A stretch of DNA of 64,000 nt from positions 535 through 64,534 of the IMG/VR virus record IMGVR_UViG_3300045988_134806. One strand, 5' to 3'. How positions within the stretch are numbered: position 1 is the first letter of the stretch; each line of letters starts with the position of its first letter. Shown piece by piece: positions 23,216 to 32,586 of this stretch. The notes beneath the pieces were generated by a model. It saw only the letters and a program-made list of their open reading frames with translations, was not told where the DNA came from and made no database searches. The stretch comes from a virus. The translations under genes were made by a program, and so were the position numbers.

Positions 23216-26132
23216 CCAAAAGCCTCTTAAGGGTGAACCAGTCGCACCGGATCTGTGTCTTTGCCAGCTTAGGAATACCACGAGTAATCGTGGCCTTCTC
23301 GTTCTTCTTCCAAAGAAGACCCATCTGGAAAAGATCAGCTTCGAGCTTCTTAAGATCATGGCGGTTAGCCAAGCACCATTGGTTAAGCATTTTTCGGTCC
23401 ACGATGAAGAGACCAATATTCACATCCTGAATACTCTTATCACCGACAATCATCCGAGCGATGTATTTCTTCAGCGGAACTCTGTCTGCGTCATCAGGCG
23501 GAACCTCTTCATAACGACGAGTAGCAAGAATTTGCTCGCTATTGTCCTGAATAAACGAGAAGAGAATTTCGTCGGCGGTCATCTCATTAGTTTCTTTAGA
23601 TGCCACGCAGAGACTGATTACAGCTTCTTTGGCGAACTCAATCAGTTCTTTGATGTCGAACTTGCAAACTCCCAAATCCCGCATGATCTTTGCCGCCGTG
23701 ATCGTCGTGACCATGTGCCAGCGGTAGAAGCGGTATTTCGGCTCCACACCTAAGAACTTGTTATCCATGATCTCTTTCAGAGTGTCCGCCATCATCTGTC
23801 TGACATGTGTCAGATTGTCCATGATGTAGCTGATGTACAAGGGTCCTACAACACCCGAGTTGGCCTCCATCTTGGAAAGCGCTGCGGTCACTTCCAGCGG
23901 GTCAAGTGTGGGGATACCGTAGTTGTCCACACGGATCTCGAAGATACGCATGGCCTCAGCATCCGATGTGCCGTTCTGAGAGAGACGGTCAATCAAACAA
24001 GAGTTGCCGGTCAGACCCACCTGAGTACACCAAGTGGCCGTGTCCGCGAAACCCACGCCGCCCACGTCTTTATTGACCTGCAAGCGGTTGCGGTCGCCTC
24101 CGTTGGAAACCACATAGGCGAGATTGGAGAGTTCGCCTGATTTAATGTTGGTAATCTCGTCGATCAGGATCGGCAGAGACTGCATGACACCAAGGAACGC
24201 AGTTCTTGCGTTCGGCGTAGCGCCTTGCTCACCCTTAATCGTCATCTTCTCAGCGTTGCCGAAAGCGTAGAGCCCGGCGGTAAAAGCCGATGTTTTGCCT
24301 CGGCCGGATGTCACACCGGTCAGAGCACACGGGATGCCTTTGTAAAGAGCGTCTTCCACGAGGCCTGCAAGCGGAGCGCCCCAGAGGGAGGCAATCGCAT
24401 ACTGCATCGGCTCCATGCCTTTACGAGCGTAGATGGAGTTGAGCGCCTCGGCGTACTTCATAGGATCGCCCTCAGCCCCTACCTTAAAGAGCGCTGCCTT
24501 GGTTCTGGCATGTCCTCTTAAGACCACCTTGGCATCGACCTCGTGGGGTTTGTAGAGCTTCTCTCCGAGTAAGAACGCCTGCTTATCGTCTTGCCAACCG
24601 AAGCTCGTGAACGAGCGGGTCAGATCGACAGTGCGGCGCAGTGAGTTCATTGAATCTCTCAGATAGCCTGTCATCACTTGTTCACTTCCTTTATTCGTTG
24701 AAGGAGCAATTTCGTTTTTTCCTAACTCTTGCAGCAGGGTCACACCGCCAACCGAGATCGCTTTACAAGAAACATAAAACTCTCTCTTTGCTCCGAAGGG
24801 TTCGTAGAGCACAGCTTTGCAGACGTAAGAGCCGTCGATCTCCCGAATGCGGGAGACGAGGTAGAAGCGGTAGGGCGTGAACGGAAACGCAGTTTCTCCG
24901 TCTTTGCTCTTAAGCACTTTGACCATCACTTCGTTCTGAGAGTCCCAGAAGTAGCCCTCCGGGTGTACCTCATTAGTGAGCGGCAGTGCCGGTCTTTCTT
25001 CCTCGGGAACTTCCAGAGGAGGTTCCTCGACGGGTTCCACGACCACGCGGCCCGCAGTCAGCGGAGTTGCACACTTGTTCTTGCAGTCCTTGCAAAGTTC
25101 AGGACAGAGTGACCTAAAAGTTTCGCACTTGGTAGGCGCAGAGTTCCACGTGTCAAAACGAGTAGCAACGTCTGTGTTGGAGTGCCCCGTTTCGGATCTT
25201 TTGGCAGACCACTTAAACGCGGTTTCTCTACCATCCTTGCAGAACGTCAAAATGCCTATGGCGCTCCGCCAAGCGTCGTAACTCAGATCGCCTTGCGTCT
25301 CTCTGAACCGGTGCATCACCTGACAGTTGTCGGCAACTTTGTTCGCGTCGTACTCGTAGTTGTCAGAAAAATGGCTTAATTCCGAGTTGTCCGCTGAGTT
25401 GCCGAGCAAGTATGAAGGTAATTCACCTAGTTCAAACTCTTCTCCGGTGAGAGACGCAAGGACGGTCTTAACTTTCTCTCTGAAATCAGTAGGGGAAACC
25501 GGCATGTAGGGCACGCCCGTCCACTTAACTTCCTTGCTGCTTTCGTACTTCCTGTTATGTGTCCCCACAGGGCGCAGAATCGAAGCTGAATCCGCTGTCC
25601 GGCTGGGGTCCGTAATAATGCCAAGCTCGCTAAAGAGTCTCTTTAGGAGCAGTGCGGTTTGTGTCCATTGCGAAGCCTCAATCTCTTCCGTCAGCACCCA
25701 GTAAGCGTGAACTCCGTAGCCGGAGCTAATTACCAAGGGCATTGGCAGGTCTGTCTTCTCTTTAAATGCCAGAAGTGCCTTAACCGCATCTTTCTGCGTG
25801 GCGTAGCCAATTCCTTTCTCTGCCTTGTCCTGACCACAATCTAGGTCAAGCCAAAACGACTTACAGTATGCCGCGTTCCTTTGGGATCGGGAAAACTTTT
25901 CTCCGGGAGCCGGTTTCTTATAACTTGCACAAGCGTGGTAGACCGTTCTTGCTGCATCCAGTTGTACGATTTTTTCAGACATCTGTTCAAGCGTTTCACA
26001 TTGGAAATGCTCGAAAATCAAACGAGGCTTTTCACCTTCGTCGGCAACGTTCCTCGGAGCTGCAATGACATACAAACCGTTTCGGGGCAGAACGGCCCTC
26101 AAAAATTCGATTGTATTCATTGAGAACCTCAA
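23178..26132 (-). CDS. bifunctional primase-polymerase (AEP) / SF3 helicase
   Basis: N-terminus FWLDLDCG (DxD) and SSGYGVHAYWVL (SGxGxH) of prim-pol. C-terminal half has Walker A GVTSGRGKTSA and Walker B LPILIDEITN, as in P4/D5-type helicases. Confidence 0.9.
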   Translation of the reverse strand: MRFSMNTIEFLRAVLPRNGLYVIAAPRNVADEGEKPRLIFEHFQCETLEQMSEKIVQLDAARTVYHACASYKKPAPGEKFSRSQRNAAYCKSFWLDLDCGQDKAEKGIGYATQKDAVKALLAFKEKTDLPMPLVISSGYGVHAYWVLTEEIEASQWTQTALLLKRLFSELGIITDPSRTADSASILRPVGTHNRKYESSKEVKWTGVPYMPVSPTDFREKVKTVLASLTGEEFELGELPSYLLGNSADNSELSHFSDNYEYDANKVADNCQVMHRFRETQGDLSYDAWRSAIGILTFCKDGRETAFKWSAKRSETGHSNTDVATRFDTWNSAPTKCETFRSLCPELCKDCKNKCATPLTAGRVVVEPVEEPPLEVPEEERPALPLTNEVHPEGYFWDSQNEVMVKVLKSKDGETAFPFTPYRFYLVSRIREIDGSYVCKAVLYEPFGAKREFYVSCKAISVGGVTLLQELGKNEIAPSTNKGSEQVMTGYLRDSMNSLRRTVDLTRSFTSFGWQDDKQAFLLGEKLYKPHEVDAKVVLRGHARTKAALFKVGAEGDPMKYAEALNSIYARKGMEPMQYAIASLWGAPLAGLVEDALYKGIPCALTGVTSGRGKTSAFTAGLYAFGNAEKMTIKGEQGATPNARTAFLGVMQSLPILIDEITNIKSGELSNLAYVVSNGGDRNRLQVNKDVGGVGFADTATWCTQVGLTGNSCLIDRLSQNGTSDAEAMRIFEIRVDNYGIPTLDPLEVTAALSKMEANSGVVGPLYISYIMDNLTHVRQMMADTLKEIMDNKFLGVEPKYRFYRWHMVTTITAAKIMRDLGVCKFDIKELIEFAKEAVISLCVASKETNEMTADEILFSFIQDNSEQILATRRYEEVPPDDADRVPLKKYIARMIVGDKSIQDVNIGLFIVDRKMLNQWCLANRHDLKKLEADLFQMGLLWKKNEKATITRGIPKLAKTQIRCDWFTLKRLLDDRDDIKLTGTK

Positions 26133-26194
26133 AAATTTGGCCCGGTTTTTGTCCAGAACCGGGAAACTGGCTTACCTTCGGCCTAACGGAGGTA

Positions 26195-27157
26195 TTAGAA
26201 CTTGAAGTCTTCCAAGCCCGGGACTTCATCAGAAGAAGCAATCTGAGTGACCTCTTCTTTCTTAGTCTCTACGACTTCTTTGACAACTTCGGGTGTGATC
26301 TTACCGGTGGCAACAGCGGCTTCCACGGGGGAAACCTTGGGCTTGTCAGCGGCTGCGGGAGCCGGAGCGGCCGTCGGAGCAACACCGTTTTTGACAGCCT
26401 CTTCATAGGCTTTCAAGTGCTCCAGCACATCGGGAGTTTCACCCGTGATCGCCATAACGGTCGGGTCATTGTGCTCTTCCTGCACCAGACGGAACTGGTC
26501 TTCGTCGAGGAAGCCGACAGGCTCAAACACGAGCTTCTGAGCGGTCTCGTTCGGGTCGAACTTAATGCGTGTAACGGCAGCCATGTAGGGCACATTGTGC
26601 TTCGTGAGCTTGGCGCCATAGTCGCCCAGAGCCTTAATGGATGTGGGCGGAACGCGCAGCAGCATGGTTTCTTTCAGAGATCCTCTCGGGGCGATTGCCA
26701 AGCGGACTGCGTCACGGCATGCTTTGCCTTTACCGGCGATACCCTTGGCGTCAACAGCGGAGCCCCATGCGTTCTTCGGACAAGTCTTGCAGCTGGCACT
26801 CTGAGGCTGAGCACAACCCTGATCGGGGATGATACCTGTGGAAGAGAAGCAGATCGGAGTCTGAGCTTCTTCATTGTCAGCATTGTAAGTGCCGGAGTAG
26901 TAAGCCTTGGCTGTGAATTTCGGAACACGAACGAGAACCACGTCAATGTACTGAGCGGTGGAGCTCGGGTCCAGCGGGTTCATAACCACTTTCTTTTCAT
27001 CGCCGCGAATGACAGTGAAACGCTTGCCGTTCAAGGACAGAACAGGGAAGGACAAAGAAGCGTGGGCGGTAATATCGCCGTTTAAAGCTTCAACGTTTGT
27101 CTGAGCGAGGTATGCAGGAAGGGGTGCGGATGCAAAAATAGAAATGTCATTAGCCAT
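26195..27157 (-). CDS. putative ssDNA-binding protein (Cys-cluster, acidic aromatic C-terminus)
   Basis: 320 aa. Cys cluster GCAQPQSASCKTCPKNAWGS...GKACRD. Pro/Ala linker. C-terminal tail SSDEVPGLEDFKF (acidic, ending in Phe), as in phage and bacterial SSBs. Lies between helicase and primase genes. Confidence 0.55.
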   Translation of the reverse strand: MANDISIFASAPLPAYLAQTNVEALNGDITAHASLSFPVLSLNGKRFTVIRGDEKKVVMNPLDPSSTAQYIDVVLVRVPKFTAKAYYSGTYNADNEEAQTPICFSSTGIIPDQGCAQPQSASCKTCPKNAWGSAVDAKGIAGKGKACRDAVRLAIAPRGSLKETMLLRVPPTSIKALGDYGAKLTKHNVPYMAAVTRIKFDPNETAQKLVFEPVGFLDEDQFRLVQEEHNDPTVMAITGETPDVLEHLKAYEEAVKNGVAPTAAPAPAAADKPKVSPVEAAVATGKITPEVVKEVVETKKEEVTQIASSDEVPGLEDFKF

Positions 27158-27169
27158 TATCTTCTCCAG

Positions 27170-27559
27170 TTAGGCCTTACGGAAATTGAGCGTGATTTCT
27201 TCATTGTAATCGACGCCCGGTGGCAGAACGCCGCGTCCTGCCTTGTACTCTTCTACAGCAGACTTGAGCGGACGAACTTCCAAAAGTTCAAACATGTTGT
27301 TGTCTTTGACAAAGTCCATGAAGGCTGCTTTGTCGGGACAGGAAATTTTTACTCGGGTAGAGCGATAAGCAGTACCGGATTCAGTCTTGTAGGACTGCAC
27401 GCCGTCAATAGCCATTTTGTTGAGAATCGCAGATTCCAGCTTGGCAATATTAGCGTTAATCGGAGCCATCGCTTCTTTGAAGGCCGCCTCTTTAGCTGCC
27501 TTTTCTTCCTTGCATTTACGAAGGAAACCGATTGCTTCTTGAATTGTACACATAAGCAT
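27170..27559 (-). CDS. Gp157-like replication-module protein
   Basis: 129 aa. N-terminal coiled coil, then MAIDGVQSYKTESGTAYRSTRVKISCPD, resembling the Sipho_Gp157 pattern. Sits just downstream of the SNF2 helicase gene in the minus-strand operon. Weak by-eye call. Confidence 0.4.
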   Translation of the reverse strand: MLMCTIQEAIGFLRKCKEEKAAKEAAFKEAMAPINANIAKLESAILNKMAIDGVQSYKTESGTAYRSTRVKISCPDKAAFMDFVKDNNMFELLEVRPLKSAVEEYKAGRGVLPPGVDYNEEITLNFRKA

Positions 27560-27598
27560 TCCTGTAGGTAAGTAATTGCATTCTATATGTGAAGTCGT

Positions 27599-29170
27599 TT
27601 AATTGCAAGATTGAGTACTTTCCCGCATGAGGTCTAGTAAAGTTCCTTGCAAGCTTTGGCGGTTCTTCAATCGTTCATAAACAACTTCTTCATACTTCGT
27701 GGAAACAATGTGAACGATAACCGTCGTGTGCTTCTGGCCGGGGCGTCTGACGCGGGCGCAAGCCTGCTGATATGTCTCGTTGGAATAAACCGGCCCAAAC
27801 CAAATAATGGTTGTAGCTGCTGTCAGTGTTAGACCGTGGGACATCGCTGTCGGGTTTGCCACGAGCACTTTCGGATCATCGGTGCGCTGGAAAAGAGCAA
27901 ATATTCTGTCTCGATCTTCCTTTGAAGTAGAGCCGTCAATCACTTCGTTGGTCACTCCAGTATCTGTTAGATATTTGGAAACTCTTTGTAAAGCGGCTGT
28001 GAACGGGATGAACACGATGCACTTGCCCTCAGAGGCCTCAATCGTCTCCATGAGCACTTCCAAGCGCTTCAAGATGGGATACTCGACCACAGTATCGTTA
28101 TCGCCGTAGAGCGAGCCCAAGGCGATCTGCATGAGCTTGGAAGCCTTGATGGCTTCGTTGCTTGCCGTTATGTCTCCTTCTTCGAATTGCACCTGAAGCG
28201 AAGAGAGCATCGCCTTATATGCCAGCTCTTGAGGCGCAGACATCTCTGCTTTCTTGGTGAGGAACACCTGCGGGGGCAGGTCCAAGCACTCGTCGATACT
28301 GAAACGCACGGCGGGCTGCATGACACGATGAACATAAGCAGCAGAATCAGGCTTAGGCAACCATTTGAACTGGTTGACTTGCGTCATTACCTGATTGCGG
28401 AAGCTGTTGTAATAGAGCGGGCAGTCCTTATTATTCGGCGTTACCAACCGGATCTGAGCGTAAGCATCAGCAGGGGAGTTCGGGATCGGAGAACCTGTCA
28501 GCCCCCAGACACGGCGCGGTGTCTGCTTGTTGCAGATGGTGTTGAGTGCCTTCCAGCGGTCGGTCGTTTTCGTGCGCATAAGCGCCAGCTCGTCGATCAC
28601 GATGAGATCAATGTCTCTTCGGGCAGCCAGCTCATCGACGATGATCTTGGCACCGTCGGTGTTAATGAGATAAATGTCCGCCGGATCTTTGAGAAGCTTC
28701 AGGCGTTTATCTTTCGTGCCGTAGAGCACATTAACCTTGTACTGCGGGAAGCTGAAAAACGCTTCGTCAGCCCATGTTCTTTCCAAGGTGGAAAGAGGAC
28801 AGACAACGAGCATGGAACGAACCTGACCGCACTTTTTCAAGTAGTCGTAGGCCCACAGCGTTGTGATTGTTTTGCCAAGGCCCATGCTGTTAAGGATGAA
28901 GCAGCGGTCGTTCATCGTGGCGAACTCCGCCGAGATCCTCTGAGCTTCAAAGGGTTTGAACTTCGCAGGGAAGTCGTAGTACATCTGCATGGGAGAGGGC
29001 ACATCGTAGCCCAAAGAACGAAGCACCCTCGTTTCGTCGGGCCGGTGCGGCACGGCTACCATCGGCCCCTTGGCGGTTTTAACAACTTTGGCCGCCGGGA
29101 TGACGGTTGTAATCTGTGCGGGATTCTGCGGCTGAAGCAGAACCGCTTGTTTGTCTTTGAGAATAATCAT
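27599..29170 (-). CDS. SNF2-family DNA helicase/translocase
   Basis: NSMGLGKTITTLW (motif I), LIVIDELALMR (DExx, motif II), GLTGSPIPN, and C-terminal HGLTLTAATTIIWFGPVYSNETYQQACARVRRPGQ (motifs V-VI). Confidence 0.9.
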   Translation of the reverse strand: MIILKDKQAVLLQPQNPAQITTVIPAAKVVKTAKGPMVAVPHRPDETRVLRSLGYDVPSPMQMYYDFPAKFKPFEAQRISAEFATMNDRCFILNSMGLGKTITTLWAYDYLKKCGQVRSMLVVCPLSTLERTWADEAFFSFPQYKVNVLYGTKDKRLKLLKDPADIYLINTDGAKIIVDELAARRDIDLIVIDELALMRTKTTDRWKALNTICNKQTPRRVWGLTGSPIPNSPADAYAQIRLVTPNNKDCPLYYNSFRNQVMTQVNQFKWLPKPDSAAYVHRVMQPAVRFSIDECLDLPPQVFLTKKAEMSAPQELAYKAMLSSLQVQFEEGDITASNEAIKASKLMQIALGSLYGDNDTVVEYPILKRLEVLMETIEASEGKCIVFIPFTAALQRVSKYLTDTGVTNEVIDGSTSKEDRDRIFALFQRTDDPKVLVANPTAMSHGLTLTAATTIIWFGPVYSNETYQQACARVRRPGQKHTTVIVHIVSTKYEEVVYERLKNRQSLQGTLLDLMRESTQSCN

Positions 29171-29182
29171 AGTTGCAGAGAA

Positions 29183-29455
29183 TTAAACTTTCCGAACTTT
29201 ATACCCGGACTCTCCTTTACGCCACCCTCGATTACGATGACGCGAGATCACGCGGGTGTTGGACTTCGCACCGGAACCACCGGCCGATAAGGGTGTAATG
29301 TGGTCGATGTCCTTGTTATCCCCCTTCGAGACAAGTCCTTCACGGATCGCTTGGCGTCTTGCCTTGTTGCGGAGCACACGCTTATGGATATTTTCCGGTT
29401 TTGCGTCTCTGATTCTGTTGTACTCCCGTCCGCGGGGAGTGTTGCTGTTAGCCAT
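29183..29455 (-). CDS. small HNH-motif nuclease
   Basis: 90 aa from the ATG at 29455. DIDHITPLSAGGSGAKSNTRVISRHRN fits the D-H...N...N HNH core. Very basic. Confidence 0.55.
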   Translation of the reverse strand: MANSNTPRGREYNRIRDAKPENIHKRVLRNKARRQAIREGLVSKGDNKDIDHITPLSAGGSGAKSNTRVISRHRNRGWRKGESGYKVRKV

Positions 29456-29666
29456 AATTTCTCCTTTCCGCTTCTTGGCGGGCTCTGTAGTCCATCTCGC
29501 ACTCAATGCAGCAGAACTTATGCGCCGTTGTCTCCACGGGTTCTCCGCAGTTGATGCACTTCTGCTCATAATTGATGAACTGTGGCGGGGCTTTTGACTG
29601 CCCTTTAATGAGAGCGCTGAGGATTACTCCTTCGTTCTCGGTTGCTCGGTCGATCTCGTCGGCCAT
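29448..29666 (-). CDS. TraR/DksA-type C4 zinc-finger protein
   Basis: 72 aa. CINCGEPVETTAHKFCCIECEMDY gives the CxxC...CxxC arrangement typical of phage TraR-family proteins. Confidence 0.7.
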   Translation of the reverse strand: MADEIDRATENEGVILSALIKGQSKAPPQFINYEQKCINCGEPVETTAHKFCCIECEMDYRARQEAERRNYG

Positions 29667-29678
29667 GTCACTATCTCC

Positions 29679-30038
29679 TTATGGGACATACTTGGTTGTT
29701 TCTGCTTCTTTTTTTAATAAATCAATACACTCCTTGGCAAATGATGCTGTCTCAGTGACAATAGCCATCCCGCCTGCGGCGTATATTTCATTTAGGGCCT
29801 TCTTTTGATTTGGAGTCGTATTCTTCAGCTTGCCCTTTGCTTTTGCTTCTATGCCTCCGAACACTCCCAAGGTCTTGCCAACCATATCCTGTGTGATAGT
29901 CACCGGGATACAGCAAATAAAATCTGGAACTCCGACAGAGCTAAAACCACATGGCACTACCATGTAGAAGTAGCAATTCTCGTTTTTGAGAAGAATTTTA
30001 ATCTCTTTCTTAACCTTCCCCTCTGGTGTTGTTGCCAT
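29679..30038 (-). CDS. VRR-NUC domain nuclease
   Basis: GKVKKEIKILL...GVPDFICCIP...GGIEAKAKGKLKNTTPNQKKALNEIYAAGGMA matches the VRR-NUC D...E-x-K...Q core. Start taken at the ATG at 30038. Confidence 0.8.
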   Translation of the reverse strand: MATTPEGKVKKEIKILLKNENCYFYMVVPCGFSSVGVPDFICCIPVTITQDMVGKTLGVFGGIEAKAKGKLKNTTPNQKKALNEIYAAGGMAIVTETASFAKECIDLLKKEAETTKYVP

Positions 30039-30735
30039 TTCTTCTCCCTCTATAAACCAGCGGATCAAATAAGTGCTCTTCGCTCCAACCTCTTTTTATT
30101 CTGTGCATTACAGTATCTAAACTAATTCCTGTTTGCTTGCAGCGTTCTTCATAGAACTTTGTTATATCGCCCTTAGTTATCGGCCGTCTGAGCCTCTCGC
30201 CGCGGTCACCGTCAGAATACCGCGACACCAAAGTGACGTACGAGATACCCGTTTCTTGACTTATTTCCTTTAACGTTTGCCCGTTATCTTTTATTGTCAG
30301 TCTCTTGTTGTAAGCCTGTTCCTCAGTAGTTGCCCACCGACAATTTTCTTTGCAATAGCCTTTGTTAGGGTCAATCCTATCAATAGATTTATCCTCAGAA
30401 TAGCCAGACTTCATGTCCTTCCAAAAACCGTTAAAAGTCTCCCAATCATCAGAAACTTTAATTCCTCTGGCTCCGTAGTTCTTAAAGTCTTTGTTCTTCG
30501 GATTGTTGCAACGGTTTTTCATACCTACCCAAATCCGATAAGGTCGTGATCTACGCCCATGCTTTTGAATCTCTCCGTGTGTAGGGTCCCCTCTGCAACC
30601 ACAAGAAGGCTTTGCTCCTTGCTTAACGTGAGAGCGGAGAGAAGCAAGTCTCTTTACAACAACTGTTCCACAAACGCACTGACACTCAACCATAGTAGTC
30701 CATCTTTGCCCCTGTGCTTCTCTAAGAACGGTCAA
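30010..30735 (-). CDS. free-standing homing-endonuclease-like protein (paralogue of the intein-nested ORF)
   Basis: 241 aa. Cys cluster CQCVCG...CGC, then YRIWVGMKNRCNNPKNKDFKNYGARGIKVSDDW...SIDRIDPNKGYCKENCRWATTEEQAYNK, then a C-terminal HTH-like region. Clear homology to ORF 32877-33587. Confidence 0.7.
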   Translation of the reverse strand: MTVLREAQGQRWTTMVECQCVCGTVVVKRLASLRSHVKQGAKPSCGCRGDPTHGEIQKHGRRSRPYRIWVGMKNRCNNPKNKDFKNYGARGIKVSDDWETFNGFWKDMKSGYSEDKSIDRIDPNKGYCKENCRWATTEEQAYNKRLTIKDNGQTLKEISQETGISYVTLVSRYSDGDRGERLRRPITKGDITKFYEERCKQTGISLDTVMHRIKRGWSEEHLFDPLVYRGRRNGNNTRGEG

Positions 30736-30769
30736 AAATCCGAACTTCTCTCCGACAGGGATGGGGAGT

Positions 30770-30991
30770 TTATTCGCGGGAATCCTGCGATGTGCCTTCT
30801 GGGTTCTCCTTTGGTTCTAAGAGAACTGAGACGGCTAAGCTCGCCAGCTGGTTGACGTAATCTTCCAGTCTCGTAGCAAGCTCCTTTTCAAATGGTTTCA
30901 GATGATCCCAGCTTTGCGCGGCCATCTTAATCAGTTCTCTGTCGCTGAGCTTCTCAAGCTCTTCTACTTTCAATAAGTCTTTTTGTCTCAT
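30770..30991 (-). CDS. hypothetical protein
   Basis: 73-aa helical ORF with a 4-nt overlap to the upstream gene. Confidence 0.5.
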   Translation of the reverse strand: MRQKDLLKVEELEKLSDRELIKMAAQSWDHLKPFEKELATRLEDYVNQLASLAVSVLLEPKENPEGTSQDSRE

Positions 30992-31644
30992 TTCTTGGCC
31001 TCATAGTGCTCACAGGTTATACATGGACACCAACCTTTACATAGGCCGGAAGGTCTTGCGGGCCAATCGTCATTGTTGTAAGCGTTCTCAAGTCGGGAAG
31101 CTCGGGTGAGGAACGGTTTCCACAACTCCGGGATGTCGTCTCGCTTAAAGATTGTCTTATCAACTTTCTTTTCTTTGAGCCAAATAAACCCTGACTCAAC
31201 TTCCTTCACTGTCGGATAGTGAGCAAAGGCAAAGAGTGCGTAGAGTTCTAACTGCTCAGTCACCTTGCGTTTCCCTGTCTTGTAGTCCACCAGCAATACT
31301 TTGGAAGGTGTTTCCACAAGCAAATCAGCGATTCCTCGGGCCCAGCCCTTACGCCATTCCGTCGGCTGGAAAGCCTTGTCAACTGCGAGCTTAATCTCGC
31401 AGTGCTTGATGCCCGGCATTGCCCTTAATTGATCTCCAATGTTTTGGAAACTTGCCATCTCAGCAGGGAAGGGCTTCCCAAAAGAGATATTTTCTTCAAA
31501 CGCTTTGTGGACGGTGTTTCCCCACTTGATGTATTCCGACTCAGGCTCCTTAACATCATAGGCAACCCGAGTGTGATAGAAACGCTTCGGACAAGTCTCG
31601 AAGCCATCTAAGTGGGAGTACGTCCACGGCTTCATCTTCGCCAT
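30988..31644 (-). CDS. PD-(D/E)XK exonuclease, Cas4/RecB-like with Fe-S Cys cluster
   Basis: Has an N-terminal Cys (ETCPKRFYH), the nuclease core IADLLVE...LLVDYKTGK and a C-terminal CKGWCPCITC. This is the Cas4/AddB-type 1+3 Cys arrangement. Confidence 0.8.
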   Translation of the reverse strand: MAKMKPWTYSHLDGFETCPKRFYHTRVAYDVKEPESEYIKWGNTVHKAFEENISFGKPFPAEMASFQNIGDQLRAMPGIKHCEIKLAVDKAFQPTEWRKGWARGIADLLVETPSKVLLVDYKTGKRKVTEQLELYALFAFAHYPTVKEVESGFIWLKEKKVDKTIFKRDDIPELWKPFLTRASRLENAYNNDDWPARPSGLCKGWCPCITCEHYEAKK

Positions 31645-31679
31645 GTTTGTCTCCGTGGGGACAGCGTGTCCCCGGGTAG

Positions 31680-32549
31680 TTACTTCTTAAATTTCTGTTG
31701 GAGTTTCTGAATCTTATCCATTCGCTTATCGCTGTGAAAGTATTTACCTACAATATCGGGAAACCGAATATTGCTTCGCACAATCTTCGCGCCGCGCTCT
31801 TCAGCATCCAATGCTCGGATCGTGGCTGAGAGGTCTCTGTCATACTCTTCCCAGAACTTAGCCCGAGCTTCATGCTTCGATACTCCATTAACTGCGTGCT
31901 CTTGGGCGTAGAACCCTGCGGCAAGCGCAGCTCTGGAAGTCATTTTCTTAAAATCCTTGGCGAGATCTCCCTTGAGCTCGTCTACGTTATGCAAGTAGCA
32001 GAAGAGACGCTCCTGCGCTGCTCTGCGGGCGCGGAAAACCTTCAGGTAAGCATTCTGCTTAGTGCTGATCTCTTCCTTTTTTACCATCAAGCGGGCGTCA
32101 ACCAGCTTGCGGAAGCGTGTCATGCTCGCCTTGGCAATAGGCACCAAGACCTCCAAGCACGCTTTGTCGCCTCGGAGCGCAGAGAGTCGAGCTTTTGTCA
32201 CATCCCCGTCATAAGAGATGATCGAATTAACCACGCGAAGCGGGCGATCCAAGGCACTTAAAAAGTCAAACGCTTTATCGATCTTTTCTTTGTTCTCAGA
32301 AATGTAGGCTTCCAAGTCAAAATCATGCTTCTTTATACGCATTACCAGATCAAACAAGCGCTCAATGGCCTGTGGATTTTCGCGTCCGAAGTTGATAAGA
32401 GTCTTTGTCCGGGGAAGGATACCGCTGTTGACAGGCTTACCCGGGTTGCGGATGTAGTCGCGAATGGTGGATAGAGCTGCTCTCCAGTGTCTTGAATCGC
32501 AGATATCTTGAATTGCATCAGCAATCTCTTGATATTGTTTATCTTCCAT
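31680..32549 (-). CDS. hypothetical protein
   Basis: 289-aa helical ORF immediately downstream of the polymerase gene. No motif recognised. Confidence 0.6.
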   Translation of the reverse strand: MEDKQYQEIADAIQDICDSRHWRAALSTIRDYIRNPGKPVNSGILPRTKTLINFGRENPQAIERLFDLVMRIKKHDFDLEAYISENKEKIDKAFDFLSALDRPLRVVNSIISYDGDVTKARLSALRGDKACLEVLVPIAKASMTRFRKLVDARLMVKKEEISTKQNAYLKVFRARRAAQERLFCYLHNVDELKGDLAKDFKKMTSRAALAAGFYAQEHAVNGVSKHEARAKFWEEYDRDLSATIRALDAEERGAKIVRSNIRFPDIVGKYFHSDKRMDKIQKLQQKFKK

Positions 32550-32586
32550 TTCGGCTCCATTTTGAAACTTTGATATATTTTACATG

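Noticed and set aside
23076-23753. 225-aa plus-strand ORF and other plus-strand ORFs inside the primase-helicase gene
   Set aside because: The minus strand encodes a continuous 984-aa prim-pol/SF3 helicase with all motifs, so the plus ORFs are shadows.
26111-29290. Long plus-strand ORFs 26111-27085 (324 aa) and 28187-29290 (367 aa) opposite the SSB-like and SNF2 genes
   Set aside because: Their Arg/Gly/His/Val-rich, motif-free translations are typical of antisense frames. The minus-strand genes carry unambiguous motifs (SNF2 motifs I-VI, acidic SSB tail) and operon-style coupling.
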